DNA of 64,000 nucleotides from an uncultured Candidatus Entotheonella sp. GTDB taxonomy: Bacteria > Tectomicrobia > Entotheonellia > Entotheonellales > Entotheonellaceae. The notes under the pieces were generated by a model. That model ran no database searches. It worked only from the letters and a program-made list of their open reading frames with translations, and was not told the origin of the DNA. Position numbers and translations under genes: made by a program. Positions 27,980 to 37,190 of the stretch are shown here, one piece after another (the first letter of the stretch is position 1; every line of letters begins with the position of its first letter). The DNA lies in assembly GCA_965217185.1 (NCBI GenBank), contig OZ244252.1:1952001-2016000 (forward strand). The letters run 5' to 3'.

Positions 27980-28867
27980 TCAGTAGTTGCTGCACGTCAT
28001 GCCGGTGACGTAGCAGGTATGGCAGGCTGTGTGGTAGAGCGAGCAGGGCTGCATCGCCTCACTGAGCGAGTCCGTCGACAGGCGGGCTTCCGGCTCCCCT
28101 ACCAACAGCGGACAGGCGTAGACGCCGCCATCGGCAACGATGCGGGATTTGGTGCACTGCAGCGTGGAGACGTCGAAGCCGTGCATCATGCCGGGGGTGA
28201 CGTATGCGGCGCCCGTTTCCGAGGAGTGCAGCTTTCCCATGGCGAACACGGGAATCACTTTAAGGCGTGGTTTTTCGATGCCGTTTTCCAGCAGGAAATC
28301 CCGGAATTTCTGGTAAAAGCCGCTGCCGCTGCCCGGCTCCTGCGGGGTTGTCCCCTGCGCCTCGTAGAAGTATTCCGTTACCGCCACGATGGGTGGCAGT
28401 CCCCGCTCCTGTAGCAGCTGCAGCGCCCGCAACGCCCGGCGCAAGGCGCCCTTGCCGCGTACGGCGTCGTTTCGCGCCTCGTCCACGTCGTCCAGGCTGA
28501 TGCGCATCTCCAGGGAATAACGCGACGTGGCGGCCAGTGTCGCCAACTCGTCGGCCACGGTCGGGGTGATCAGGGTGCCATTTGTCAGCACCGACGTGGC
28601 GGCCACCTGCAGCGAACGCGTCAGGATCGGGATGATCTGCTTGTGCAGAAACGGCTCGCCGCCGGTGAAGTACACCTCCCGCACGCCGTGCGTCTCGGCT
28701 TCGTCGAGGTATCGGTACACGGTCTCCGGCGCCACAAACTTGAGGGCGTGATTGGTCGGGCTACAGGATATGAAGCAGTGGCTGCACGCCAGGTTGCACA
28801 GGGTTCCGGTCAGTTGGAACCACAGGGCGTGCAGGTTATGGAAAGGTGCCTGGGGTATGGTCTGCAT
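27980..28867 (-). CDS. Radical SAM protein with Cys-rich C-terminus
   Basis: CNLACSHC, FTGGEP; C-terminal C..SR, CP, C...H.ACHTC...GMTC. Confidence 0.85.
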   Translation of the reverse strand: MQTIPQAPFHNLHALWFQLTGTLCNLACSHCFISCSPTNHALKFVAPETVYRYLDEAETHGVREVYFTGGEPFLHKQIIPILTRSLQVAATSVLTNGTLITPTVADELATLAATSRYSLEMRISLDDVDEARNDAVRGKGALRRALRALQLLQERGLPPIVAVTEYFYEAQGTTPQEPGSGSGFYQKFRDFLLENGIEKPRLKVIPVFAMGKLHSSETGAAYVTPGMMHGFDVSTLQCTKSRIVADGGVYACPLLVGEPEARLSTDSLSEAMQPCSLYHTACHTCYVTGMTCSNY

Positions 28868-29009
28868 GATAGGGTTTCCCTGAGCCAAGAGGCCCTCGTG
28901 TTGACCGTGCCGGGGAGGTAGGTGTCGGTGGCGATTGTATCAGGCACCCAGATTTGCGACAATGACCGGCGTTTTTTCGAGTTCAAAACCGCCGAATAAG
29001 GGCTTCTGC

Positions 29010-29909
29010 GTGAACACCGACGTGCAGCAGGCGCTGGCGCATTGCCGAGAGGTGACCCGCCAGCAAGCCAGGAATTTCTATTACGCCTTTCTGTTCCTGC
29101 CCTCCGACAAGCGCGCCGCCGTCTACAGCGTCTATGCCTTCTGCCGCCACAGCGATGATATTGCCGACGAGCCCGGCACCCTCCACGACAAACAAGACCG
29201 ACTAAGAGCCTGGCGCGACGAGTTGGACAATTGCTACAACGGCAGGCCGACGCGCCTCATCACGCGCGCTCTGCGGCACACCATCGAGCGGTATCCCATC
29301 CCACAACGCTACTTCCAGGACTTACTGCAGGGTGTCGAGATGGACCTGACCGTGCAGCGTTACGCCTCGTTCGACGACCTGCGGGTGTACTGCTACCGGG
29401 TCGCCTCAGCGATCGGCCTGGCCTGTCTGGAAATTTTCGGCTACCGCCATTCCGGCGTCCGGACGTATGCCCGCCATCTCGGCATCGCCCTACAGCTTAC
29501 CAACATCCTGCGCGACGTCCGGGAAGACGCCGAGCGCGGCCGCATCTACCTGCCGCAGGAAGATTTACGGGCCTTTGGCGTCCGTGAGGACGACGTGCTG
29601 CAGAGACTTTACACGACGGCCTTTGCTGCGCTGATGCAGTTTCAGCAGGAGCGCATCCTGAGTTATTACCGCCGAGCCGCCGCCTGCCTGCTGCCGGGCG
29701 ACCGGGCCGGACTGATGGCGCCGGAAATCATGGCCGCCATCTACCGCGCGACGCTTCACAAGATGCGACGCCGGCACTTCAACGTCTTTCGCGGCCGCAC
29801 GCGCCTGTCAGGACTGCACAAACTGGCCATCGGCCTGGGGACGTTCGTGTCGCTGCGGACCCGCGACAGGTGGCCGGGGCGACGCCAAACGGCAACCGGC
29901 AGCGGATGA
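29010..29909 (+). CDS. Squalene/phytoene synthase family (HpnD/CrtB-like)
   Basis: NFYYAF, YAFCRHSDDIAD, YCYRVAS, LQLTNILRDVRED..RGRIYLP; GTG start. Confidence 0.88.
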   Translation: MNTDVQQALAHCREVTRQQARNFYYAFLFLPSDKRAAVYSVYAFCRHSDDIADEPGTLHDKQDRLRAWRDELDNCYNGRPTRLITRALRHTIERYPIPQRYFQDLLQGVEMDLTVQRYASFDDLRVYCYRVASAIGLACLEIFGYRHSGVRTYARHLGIALQLTNILRDVREDAERGRIYLPQEDLRAFGVREDDVLQRLYTTAFAALMQFQQERILSYYRRAAACLLPGDRAGLMAPEIMAAIYRATLHKMRRRHFNVFRGRTRLSGLHKLAIGLGTFVSLRTRDRWPGRRQTATGSG

Positions 29910-30991
29910 GGAGAACGCCGTTGACAACCCAGCGCCCCAGCGGTTCCATGCAGGCGGCGGTTCTCTATGGACCGAGCGAAGTTGCCATCGAAACGCTGCC
30001 TGTCCCCGACATCGGCCCGGGCGACGTGCTGGTTCGCGTGGCCGCTGCCACCACCTGCGGCACCGATCTGAAGGTGTTTTTGCAGGGTCGCCACGCGCGC
30101 ATGCTGACGCCGCCATCGGTCTTCGGACACGAGTTCAGCGGCACGGTGGCGGCTGTCGGCAGCCAAGTGCGGGGATTCGAGCCCGGCATGCGGGTGGCGT
30201 CCAACAACTCAGCGCCGTGTGGGTGTTGTTACTACTGCGTCCGCGGGCAGCCAAACCTGTGCGACGATCTGGTGTTCATCAACGGCGCCTATGCCGAGTA
30301 CATCGCGGTGCCGGAGCGCATCGTACGCACCAACCTGCTGCGCCTTCCCGATGACCTCGCTTTTCCCGTCGCGTGCATCACCGAACCCCTGGCCTGCGTG
30401 CTGCATTGCCTGGACCTGGCTCATTTTGCGACCGGGGACACCGTCGTGGTGAACGGTGATGGCCCCAGCGGTCTGATGTTGGCAGCCATGGCCAAGCGGC
30501 GCGGCGCGCGGGTGATACTGTGCGGCCGGGCACCGCAACGTCTGCGGGTGGCACAGCAGTTCGGTATCGAATGGCTGGTCAACTACGCCGAGGTACCCGA
30601 TCAGGTCGAGGCGGTGCGCGCCCTGACGGAAGATCGTCGCGGCGTGGAAGTGGCCATCGAGGCGGTGGGACGCCCCGATGTCTGGGAAACCACCACGGCG
30701 ATGGTCCGCAAGGGCGGCCAAGCCATTTTTTACGGCGGCCCCCCTGGCGGCACCAGCATGCGCGTGGATGCCCCGGCTCTCCACTACGACCAGATTACCT
30801 TGCAGGGCGTATTCCACAACACACCCGCGCACGTCGCGCAGGCCCTGGAAATCCTGACGGATCCCACATTACCTTGGGCCTCGTTATTGAGTGCCACCTT
30901 GCCGCTGGCCCGTCTCCCGGAGGCTTTCCAATTGATGATGGCCCGTGAGGCGCTCAAGGTAGTCATCCTGCCGACACCGCAGCCAGATTGA
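29906..30991 (+). CDS. Zinc-dependent alcohol/sugar-alcohol dehydrogenase (MDR family)
   Basis: CGTD, GHE.SG, C..C..C...N.C structural Zn site, EPLAC, G.GP.G; start may be 29948. Confidence 0.85.
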   Translation: MRRTPLTTQRPSGSMQAAVLYGPSEVAIETLPVPDIGPGDVLVRVAAATTCGTDLKVFLQGRHARMLTPPSVFGHEFSGTVAAVGSQVRGFEPGMRVASNNSAPCGCCYYCVRGQPNLCDDLVFINGAYAEYIAVPERIVRTNLLRLPDDLAFPVACITEPLACVLHCLDLAHFATGDTVVVNGDGPSGLMLAAMAKRRGARVILCGRAPQRLRVAQQFGIEWLVNYAEVPDQVEAVRALTEDRRGVEVAIEAVGRPDVWETTTAMVRKGGQAIFYGGPPGGTSMRVDAPALHYDQITLQGVFHNTPAHVAQALEILTDPTLPWASLLSATLPLARLPEAFQLMMAREALKVVILPTPQPD

Positions 30992-31175
30992 ACTTACCCC
31001 CAATTTGGGCAGGGAATTTGGGGTTTTTCGCCGCCACATTTTCGGCTACGCCCTTGACTTTACGGGCGGGAATGTGGAACGCTATAGACGAAACTCCCGC
31101 ATAATAAGGGGGTTAGCTTGTACATTTTGTTAGAGTGCTTACGTGCTGCGACCTACGGTAAGGAGGTAAGGACAT

Positions 31176-31475
31176 ATGACGAAGGCCGAATTCATTGATC
31201 AGGTAGTCAAGTCTGCGGGCGTGGAACTCAGCAAGAAGGACGCTGCCGGGGTCCTGGACACCGTTTTTAGCGTCATCGGTAAAGCAATCAAGGACGAGGA
31301 TCGCTTTTCCTATCCGGGGTTTGGCACCTTTACAGTCAAGGAGCGATCAGCCCGCAAGGGCCGCAACCCGCGTACGGGCGCTGCGATCGACATCAAAGCC
31401 AGCAAAACTGTCGGCTTCAAGCCGGCTCCCGGCCTCAAGCAAAATCTCGTCGCTCCGGCAAGACGACGCCGTTAA
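31176..31475 (+). CDS. hup: DNA-binding protein HU
   Basis: MTKAEFI, GFGTF, RKGRNPRTG, FKPA; AAGGAGG RBS. Confidence 0.95.
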   Translation: MTKAEFIDQVVKSAGVELSKKDAAGVLDTVFSVIGKAIKDEDRFSYPGFGTFTVKERSARKGRNPRTGAAIDIKASKTVGFKPAPGLKQNLVAPARRRR

Positions 31476-31554
31476 GTTCTGAAATACCTGCACCAGACCA
31501 TTCGGGGCGGAGAGTAACGGCCAACACCCAACAAACGCAACTCGCCGCCCCTGA

Positions 31555-33174
31555 TCAATATCCCAGAGCGCATCCATCTTTCCGATAATCGCTCCCACCT
31601 TGCAAGACACCTCGTTCGTGATCGATCAAAATGGCTTGGCCGCCGCCGTAAGATACGTTTTGCGCGCCGCGCGGCCACAGTTCGTGCCCCATAAAGCCCA
31701 ACTCGTCCCGCACCACCTGCGGGACGGCGTGTTCCAGCGCCACTTCGCGGCCGCCCATGATGCGACAGCGTGGCGCCTCCAGAGCCTCCTGGACGTTCAT
31801 GCCAAAATCGATGCTGTTGAGAGCTACCTGCACGTGCCCCTGCGCCTGCATGTGGCCGCCCATGACGCCGTAACACAGCCACGGCTTGCCGTCGCGCAGA
31901 ATCATCGCCGGAATGATGGTGTGGAAGGGGCGCTTACCCGGTTGCAAAGCGTTCGGATGGCTGGGGTCGGCGACGAAACCGGCACCGCGGTTCTGCAGAC
32001 AAATGCCCGTGTCACCCGCCACGATGCCGGAACCGAAACCCTGAAATAGGCTGTGGATCAAGGAGACGACGTTACGCTCGGCGTCCACGCAGGAGACGTA
32101 CACCGTGTCGCCGAGGGCCGCCGGCGTGCCGGGTGAAAAATCGCCGGCGCGCGTGGGGTCGATCTCCTGGCGACGAGTAGCGGCGTAGGCTTTGGAAAGC
32201 AACCCCGCGACCGGCACGCTCGCGAAGGCGGGATCGGCGATGTAACGGTTGCGGTCCGCAAAGGCCTGCTTGGTCGCCTCGATGAGGAGATGGTAGTACG
32301 GGGCGGAGCCGTATGCGTGGGCCGCGAGGTCAAAACCCTCGAGCACGTTCAGGGTCATCAGGGCGGTGATCCCCTGGCCGTTAGGCGGCAGTTCCAGGAC
32401 GGTGTGACCGCGGTAATCGGTGCCAATGGGCTCTACCCATTCAGTGGTGTGGGCGGCGAAGTCTTCCAGATCAAAAAAGCCACCATCGGCCTGCGAGAAC
32501 GCCACGATGTGCTTGGCGATGTCGCCGCGGTAGAAGGCGTCGCGCCCTTCGTCAGCGAGGATCCGCAGCGTTTCGGCGAGGTGGGGTTGTCGATGGATGT
32601 CGCCGGCCCGCGGCGCTTTGCCGTCAATCAGGTACGCTTGGGCACTGGCGGGATGCTGCGACAGCAGCGGCGCGTCATGTTGCCATTGATCGGCAATGAC
32701 CTCGCTCACCGGAAAGCCGTCGCGCGCATACATCAGGGCGGGTTCGACGACGTCCGCGAAGCTGAGCCTGCCGTGCCGCTCCAGCACCTCCGCAAAGGCG
32801 TCGATGGCCCCGGGCACGGTAACCGACCCCCAGCCCTTTGACGGCACGCCCTCGATGCCCCGCTGCCGCAAAGCGTCCAGCGTCAGGCGTTTGGGGCAGC
32901 GCCCACTGCCGTTGACCCCGTAGATGCGTTGGTCGGCAGCTCGATAATAAAGTAAAAAAGCATCCCCACCGATGCCGGTGGACATCGGCTCCACCACGCC
33001 CAGCGTCAGCGCCGTGCCGATGGCAGCATCCAGTGCGTTGCCGCCCTTTTTCAAGATGGCCAGCCCGGCCTCGCTGGCCAGAGGCTGGCTGGTCGCCACC
33101 ATGCCGTTGCGCGTCATGACGACCGAACGCCGTGCCGCAAATCCGTCGCGCTCAAGGCGACTGGTCTCAAACAT
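31555..33174 (-). CDS. ggt: Gamma-glutamyltransferase
   Basis: GGNALDAA, GIGGDAF, PPNGQG, DT autoprocessing site, KRPFHTIIP, GVMGG..Q.QG. Confidence 0.92.
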   Translation of the reverse strand: MFETSRLERDGFAARRSVVMTRNGMVATSQPLASEAGLAILKKGGNALDAAIGTALTLGVVEPMSTGIGGDAFLLYYRAADQRIYGVNGSGRCPKRLTLDALRQRGIEGVPSKGWGSVTVPGAIDAFAEVLERHGRLSFADVVEPALMYARDGFPVSEVIADQWQHDAPLLSQHPASAQAYLIDGKAPRAGDIHRQPHLAETLRILADEGRDAFYRGDIAKHIVAFSQADGGFFDLEDFAAHTTEWVEPIGTDYRGHTVLELPPNGQGITALMTLNVLEGFDLAAHAYGSAPYYHLLIEATKQAFADRNRYIADPAFASVPVAGLLSKAYAATRRQEIDPTRAGDFSPGTPAALGDTVYVSCVDAERNVVSLIHSLFQGFGSGIVAGDTGICLQNRGAGFVADPSHPNALQPGKRPFHTIIPAMILRDGKPWLCYGVMGGHMQAQGHVQVALNSIDFGMNVQEALEAPRCRIMGGREVALEHAVPQVVRDELGFMGHELWPRGAQNVSYGGGQAILIDHERGVLQGGSDYRKDGCALGY

Positions 33175-33997
33175 GTTTTCCCTCCTGGCGTAAACGATTC
33201 CATATGCCGTCCATTTCTTCCAGCGTCGCATCCTCGATTCGCCGGCCGCGCCGCGCGAGTTCCTGCTCGATACCCCGGAAACGCTGCTCGAACTTGCCGA
33301 TGGCTTGGCGCAAGGCGTCCTCGCCGCTCAGGTGCAGGAAGCGCCCGAGGTTCACCAGGCTGAACAGCACGTCGCCGAACTCTTCCTGCATGGCGGCGCC
33401 GTCCCGTGCCGAGCAAGCCTCCTTCAACTCGTCAATTTCTTCGGCCACTTTGGCCCATACGTCGTCCACCTCCTGCCAGTCGAACCCGACGGACGACACT
33501 TTTTCCTGCAGGCGCCGCGCCCGGTTGAGGGCCGGCAGGGTGCGAGGCACACCATCCAGGACCGACGTCCTCCCCTTTTCCTGCTGCTTCGCGGTCTCCC
33601 AGCGTTGCCGAATCACCGCCGTATTCGCCGCTGGTTGATCCCCGAACACGTGCGGATGCCGTCTGATCAGCTTGTGAATCACGCTACGGATGCTGTCGCC
33701 AAGCATAAAACGCCCCGCCTCGGCGGCCAGAGATCCTTGAAAAACGACGTGCAGCAGCAAATCCCCAAGCTCTTCCTTCAACGCCCCCGCGTCGTCTGCC
33801 GTAACGCTTTCCATCACCTCATACGTCTCTTCCAGCAGATACGGCAGCAAGCTCTGCGCCGTCTGCTGCCGGTCCCACGGGCAGCCCTGCTCGGACCTCA
33901 ACCTGTCCACCACGCCCATAAGTTCCAGCAGCAACTCCCCGGTGGCGTCGCTCTTGCCCTCAGTACTGTCCAGCCTAACTTCGTCCACCCGTTTCAT
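33167..33997 (-). CDS. mazG: Nucleoside triphosphate pyrophosphohydrolase MazG
   Basis: GCPWD, EETYE, EELGDLL, RRHPHVF, second domain EEFGD.LF. Confidence 0.94.
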   Translation of the reverse strand: MKRVDEVRLDSTEGKSDATGELLLELMGVVDRLRSEQGCPWDRQQTAQSLLPYLLEETYEVMESVTADDAGALKEELGDLLLHVVFQGSLAAEAGRFMLGDSIRSVIHKLIRRHPHVFGDQPAANTAVIRQRWETAKQQEKGRTSVLDGVPRTLPALNRARRLQEKVSSVGFDWQEVDDVWAKVAEEIDELKEACSARDGAAMQEEFGDVLFSLVNLGRFLHLSGEDALRQAIGKFEQRFRGIEQELARRGRRIEDATLEEMDGIWNRLRQEGKHV

Positions 33998-34200
33998 GTC
34001 GTCCTCTTCTGTCGCCCGTGCCACTGAATGTTGTCCCGCAACCGAGATGCCGCCCGCATTCTACCGTTGGCCCCGATCCCGAACAACTCGCCGTTACCCA
34101 CAACGCAGCGGATTGACACCCCAGAAATATCCAGGTAGGAAGGAAATGTTTGCATTGTCAGTAGCTGATATCGCCAACCTCAAGGTGCGAGGGAATTCAG

Positions 34201-35604
34201 GTGCAAGGATTCACGCCCAGCCCGCCGCATGCGATGCGAGCCGTCGGCACAACGGCATCGTGGCTGCCCTTCCTCGCGGTAGGCGCCCTTCTGCTGATAC
34301 TAGGGGAAACAGGACGGGCGCAGAGTCTGCCGCCAATAGAGGCGTTGGAACGCCGGCTCACGCAAACGGCCACCGTGCAGGACATGATCGCATACGCGTA
34401 CGGCGTAAATCCCGACATTGCCGCGGCGCGTGAAGCCTGGCGCGCCAAGGTGGAAAGCTACCGCGTTGTAACCGGCCTGCCGGATCCGCAACTGACGGCC
34501 ACCTACTTCCCGGAGCCTTTGCAAACCCGTCTTGGTCCCCAGGATTGGAATGTCACCCTCTCCCAGAAAGTCCCCTTCCCGGGCAAGCTGTCGAAGGCCG
34601 GTGAGGTTGTCAAGACAGAAGCCCATATCGCCCGTCTGCGCCTGGATAAAACCGTGCGGACGATTGCCGCGAGTATCCAGGCGTCGGCACATGAATTGAT
34701 TTACATTCGCGCCGCCAGGCGGATTGCGGCCCAAAACGCGGCGTTGCTCGACCAACTGCGCAGCGCCGCCGAGACGGCCTATGCCGACGACCGGGCGATG
34801 CTGCTGGACGTGATGAAAGCCCTGTCACAGTCCGGGCAACTTCGCTATGACGCACTCCTCCTGGACGAGTTGGAGTTGACCGAGATCACCCGCCTGAACG
34901 GCCTGCTCAACCGTCTCCCGCAGTCGGCGGTTGGCGAGATTGCCCCGCCGCCCCTCCAGCCGCTGCCGGACAGCCTCGAAGACCTCTACCAACTGGCCGC
35001 CGCGCATCAGGAAGACATCCGTATTGCCGAGCAAGGCGTGAGCCGGGCCGAGTCGCAGGTCGATCTGGCGCGCTACCACTACTACCCGGATTTCAATGTG
35101 GGACTGTTTTACGCCTCGATCGGCGATCCGGATACCCCCCAGCGGCCGCCGCAGGCAGGCAGGGACGCCCTGGGCGTACGGCTTGGCCTGACCTTGCCGC
35201 TGTGGATCGGCAAAAACCAGGGCCGCGTCAATCAGGCGCGCGCTGAACGGGCCAGGGCGGAGGCACTGCGGCAGGGCCGCGTCAACGCCTCGCGCACCGA
35301 CATCCACGTGGCCTATTTTCGCCTGCAGAACGCCCAACGCTTGGTCGAACTTTACCAGACCGACCTACTTCCGCAGGCGGCGAGCGCCCTGGAAACCACC
35401 GAGGCCTGGTTTCGCGAGGGATACGCCGAGTTCACCGACCTCATCGAGGCCCAGTCGACCTGGTACAACTTTCAGTTGACGCTGGCCAGGGCTCAGGCTG
35501 ACTATGGCAAAAACTTCGCGCGCCTGGAGGCACTGGTGGGGCATCCCTTGACGCCGCAGGGGCCGCCGACAGCCGCACCCCATGAAGGGAGGTCAGGCCC
35601 ATGA
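34201..35604 (+). CDS. TolC family outer-membrane efflux protein (paralogue 1)
   Basis: LPDP, QKVPFPGKL, YPDF, LPLW OEP-type motifs; heads the RND operon. Confidence 0.85.
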   Translation: MQGFTPSPPHAMRAVGTTASWLPFLAVGALLLILGETGRAQSLPPIEALERRLTQTATVQDMIAYAYGVNPDIAAAREAWRAKVESYRVVTGLPDPQLTATYFPEPLQTRLGPQDWNVTLSQKVPFPGKLSKAGEVVKTEAHIARLRLDKTVRTIAASIQASAHELIYIRAARRIAAQNAALLDQLRSAAETAYADDRAMLLDVMKALSQSGQLRYDALLLDELELTEITRLNGLLNRLPQSAVGEIAPPPLQPLPDSLEDLYQLAAAHQEDIRIAEQGVSRAESQVDLARYHYYPDFNVGLFYASIGDPDTPQRPPQAGRDALGVRLGLTLPLWIGKNQGRVNQARAERARAEALRQGRVNASRTDIHVAYFRLQNAQRLVELYQTDLLPQAASALETTEAWFREGYAEFTDLIEAQSTWYNFQLTLARAQADYGKNFARLEALVGHPLTPQGPPTAAPHEGRSGP

Positions 35605-37151
35605 AACGCGGACTGGTCTGGCTTGTCGTCCTGATAGGACTTGGGGCAACGCACGCTCGCGGCGATTACCGGGATTTGCGGACCGCCTTTGAGCAGTACC
35701 AGCCCCCTTCGCACTTGTTCCACCTCCCCACCGAAGCACCGCCCGAAACGCCTGCCCAAAACGACGCCTTCGAAGCCGAAAAACAACGCCTCCTGGACCT
35801 CCAGACACGCTGGCAGGAAGAACTTCGGGACCTGTCGGCGCCTACGGCGTTCTACCATCCAGACTCGCGGACTTTGGAGGATTTGACGGGCGCGCAGGCG
35901 GATACTGCGGCGGCGCAAGCCGCCGTGAGCCAGCCATTTTCCCAGGCAGTGCCGGAGGTGCTGGCCCTGCTGCGTTCGCCCGCGGTGAAGGCGGCGGAGC
36001 ACCGGGTGCGGGCGGCGCTGGAAAAATACAGCCAGGTCAGCGCTGTCGACGACATCCTGCGGCGCTATAGCGCCTTCGCGGAAGGCGCCATGACCGGGGT
36101 TGGCGCCATGCGAGGGCACGGCGGGGGGCGGGGTCAGTTTCCCTTTCCGGGGGTGCTGGCGCTGAAAGGTCAGGTGGTAACCCAGGACGTCATGGCGGCT
36201 CGTGAGCAGTTGGAAACCGCACGCCGCGATGCGGTGACCGCAGCACGCAAAACCCACTGGCGGCAGTGGTTCCTGCACCAGGTGCTGTCGATCACCGAGC
36301 GCACCATCGGGCTGTTGAGAGAATTGGAGCAGGTGTCGAGCACCCGCTACGAGGCCGGCAGGACCAGTTTCCAGGACGTGATCAAGGTGCAGGTGCAGCG
36401 CGAGTTGCTGGACGAACGGCTGGTCACGCTGCGGGAGCAGTTGCGTAATGCGCACGTGGAGACCCGGCAGATCCTCCACCTGCCGCCGGACACCCCGATT
36501 GGCCTGCCGCAAGTGAACCTGGCCGGGGCCGACATCCCCGATTTGCCGTCGCTCTACGATATGGCCGTCGCGGGCCGCCAGGAGCTCAGCGTGCTGCGCG
36601 CCCGCATTGGCAAGATGGACGCCATGATCGAGATGGCCGAAACCATGCTCCTGCCGGCCTTCGATCTGGGTCTTTCCACCTACAAAGACCAAGCCATCAG
36701 GCAAGTGGGAACACAGGCCGGGCAACCAACATTCGCCACCAGGACAGACGCTGCTGCCGGTGCGGGACAGCCCAAAAAACCCTGGTTCGGTTTCGCTGAT
36801 GCCTATCTGCGTGAGATGCGGCAGAAGCGCCAAGCCATGCAGGAAGAATTGAACCGACTGCAAGACGCCACCGTCGCGCTGGTCCGCAACAAGTGGTTTG
36901 TTCTCGACCGAGCAAAACGTGAAAAACGATTGTACCAGAACACCTTGGTGCAGCTATCGGAAGCCGCCCTGGAGGTCTCGACCAGCGGGTACGAATCGGA
37001 CAGGGTGGCGTTTGCCGACGTGATTGCATCCTATACCCTCTGGCTCGACGCCAATCTCGCGCTGGCCGACAAGCGCAGCGCCTATGGGATAAGTCTGGCG
37101 GAACTCGAGCAGGCGGTGGGGCAATCCTTTACGCAGCGCCGGAAAGAGTAG
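35601..37151 (+). CDS. TolC family outer-membrane efflux protein (paralogue 2)
   Basis: FPFPG, RYEAG, LELEQAVG-type OEP pattern; ATGA coupling to paralogue 1. Confidence 0.75.
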   Translation: MKRGLVWLVVLIGLGATHARGDYRDLRTAFEQYQPPSHLFHLPTEAPPETPAQNDAFEAEKQRLLDLQTRWQEELRDLSAPTAFYHPDSRTLEDLTGAQADTAAAQAAVSQPFSQAVPEVLALLRSPAVKAAEHRVRAALEKYSQVSAVDDILRRYSAFAEGAMTGVGAMRGHGGGRGQFPFPGVLALKGQVVTQDVMAAREQLETARRDAVTAARKTHWRQWFLHQVLSITERTIGLLRELEQVSSTRYEAGRTSFQDVIKVQVQRELLDERLVTLREQLRNAHVETRQILHLPPDTPIGLPQVNLAGADIPDLPSLYDMAVAGRQELSVLRARIGKMDAMIEMAETMLLPAFDLGLSTYKDQAIRQVGTQAGQPTFATRTDAAAGAGQPKKPWFGFADAYLREMRQKRQAMQEELNRLQDATVALVRNKWFVLDRAKREKRLYQNTLVQLSEAALEVSTSGYESDRVAFADVIASYTLWLDANLALADKRSAYGISLAELEQAVGQSFTQRRKE

Positions 37152-37190
37152 GCCGCCGGCTGCGCCAGGTCACTTTTGGAGGTTAATGAA

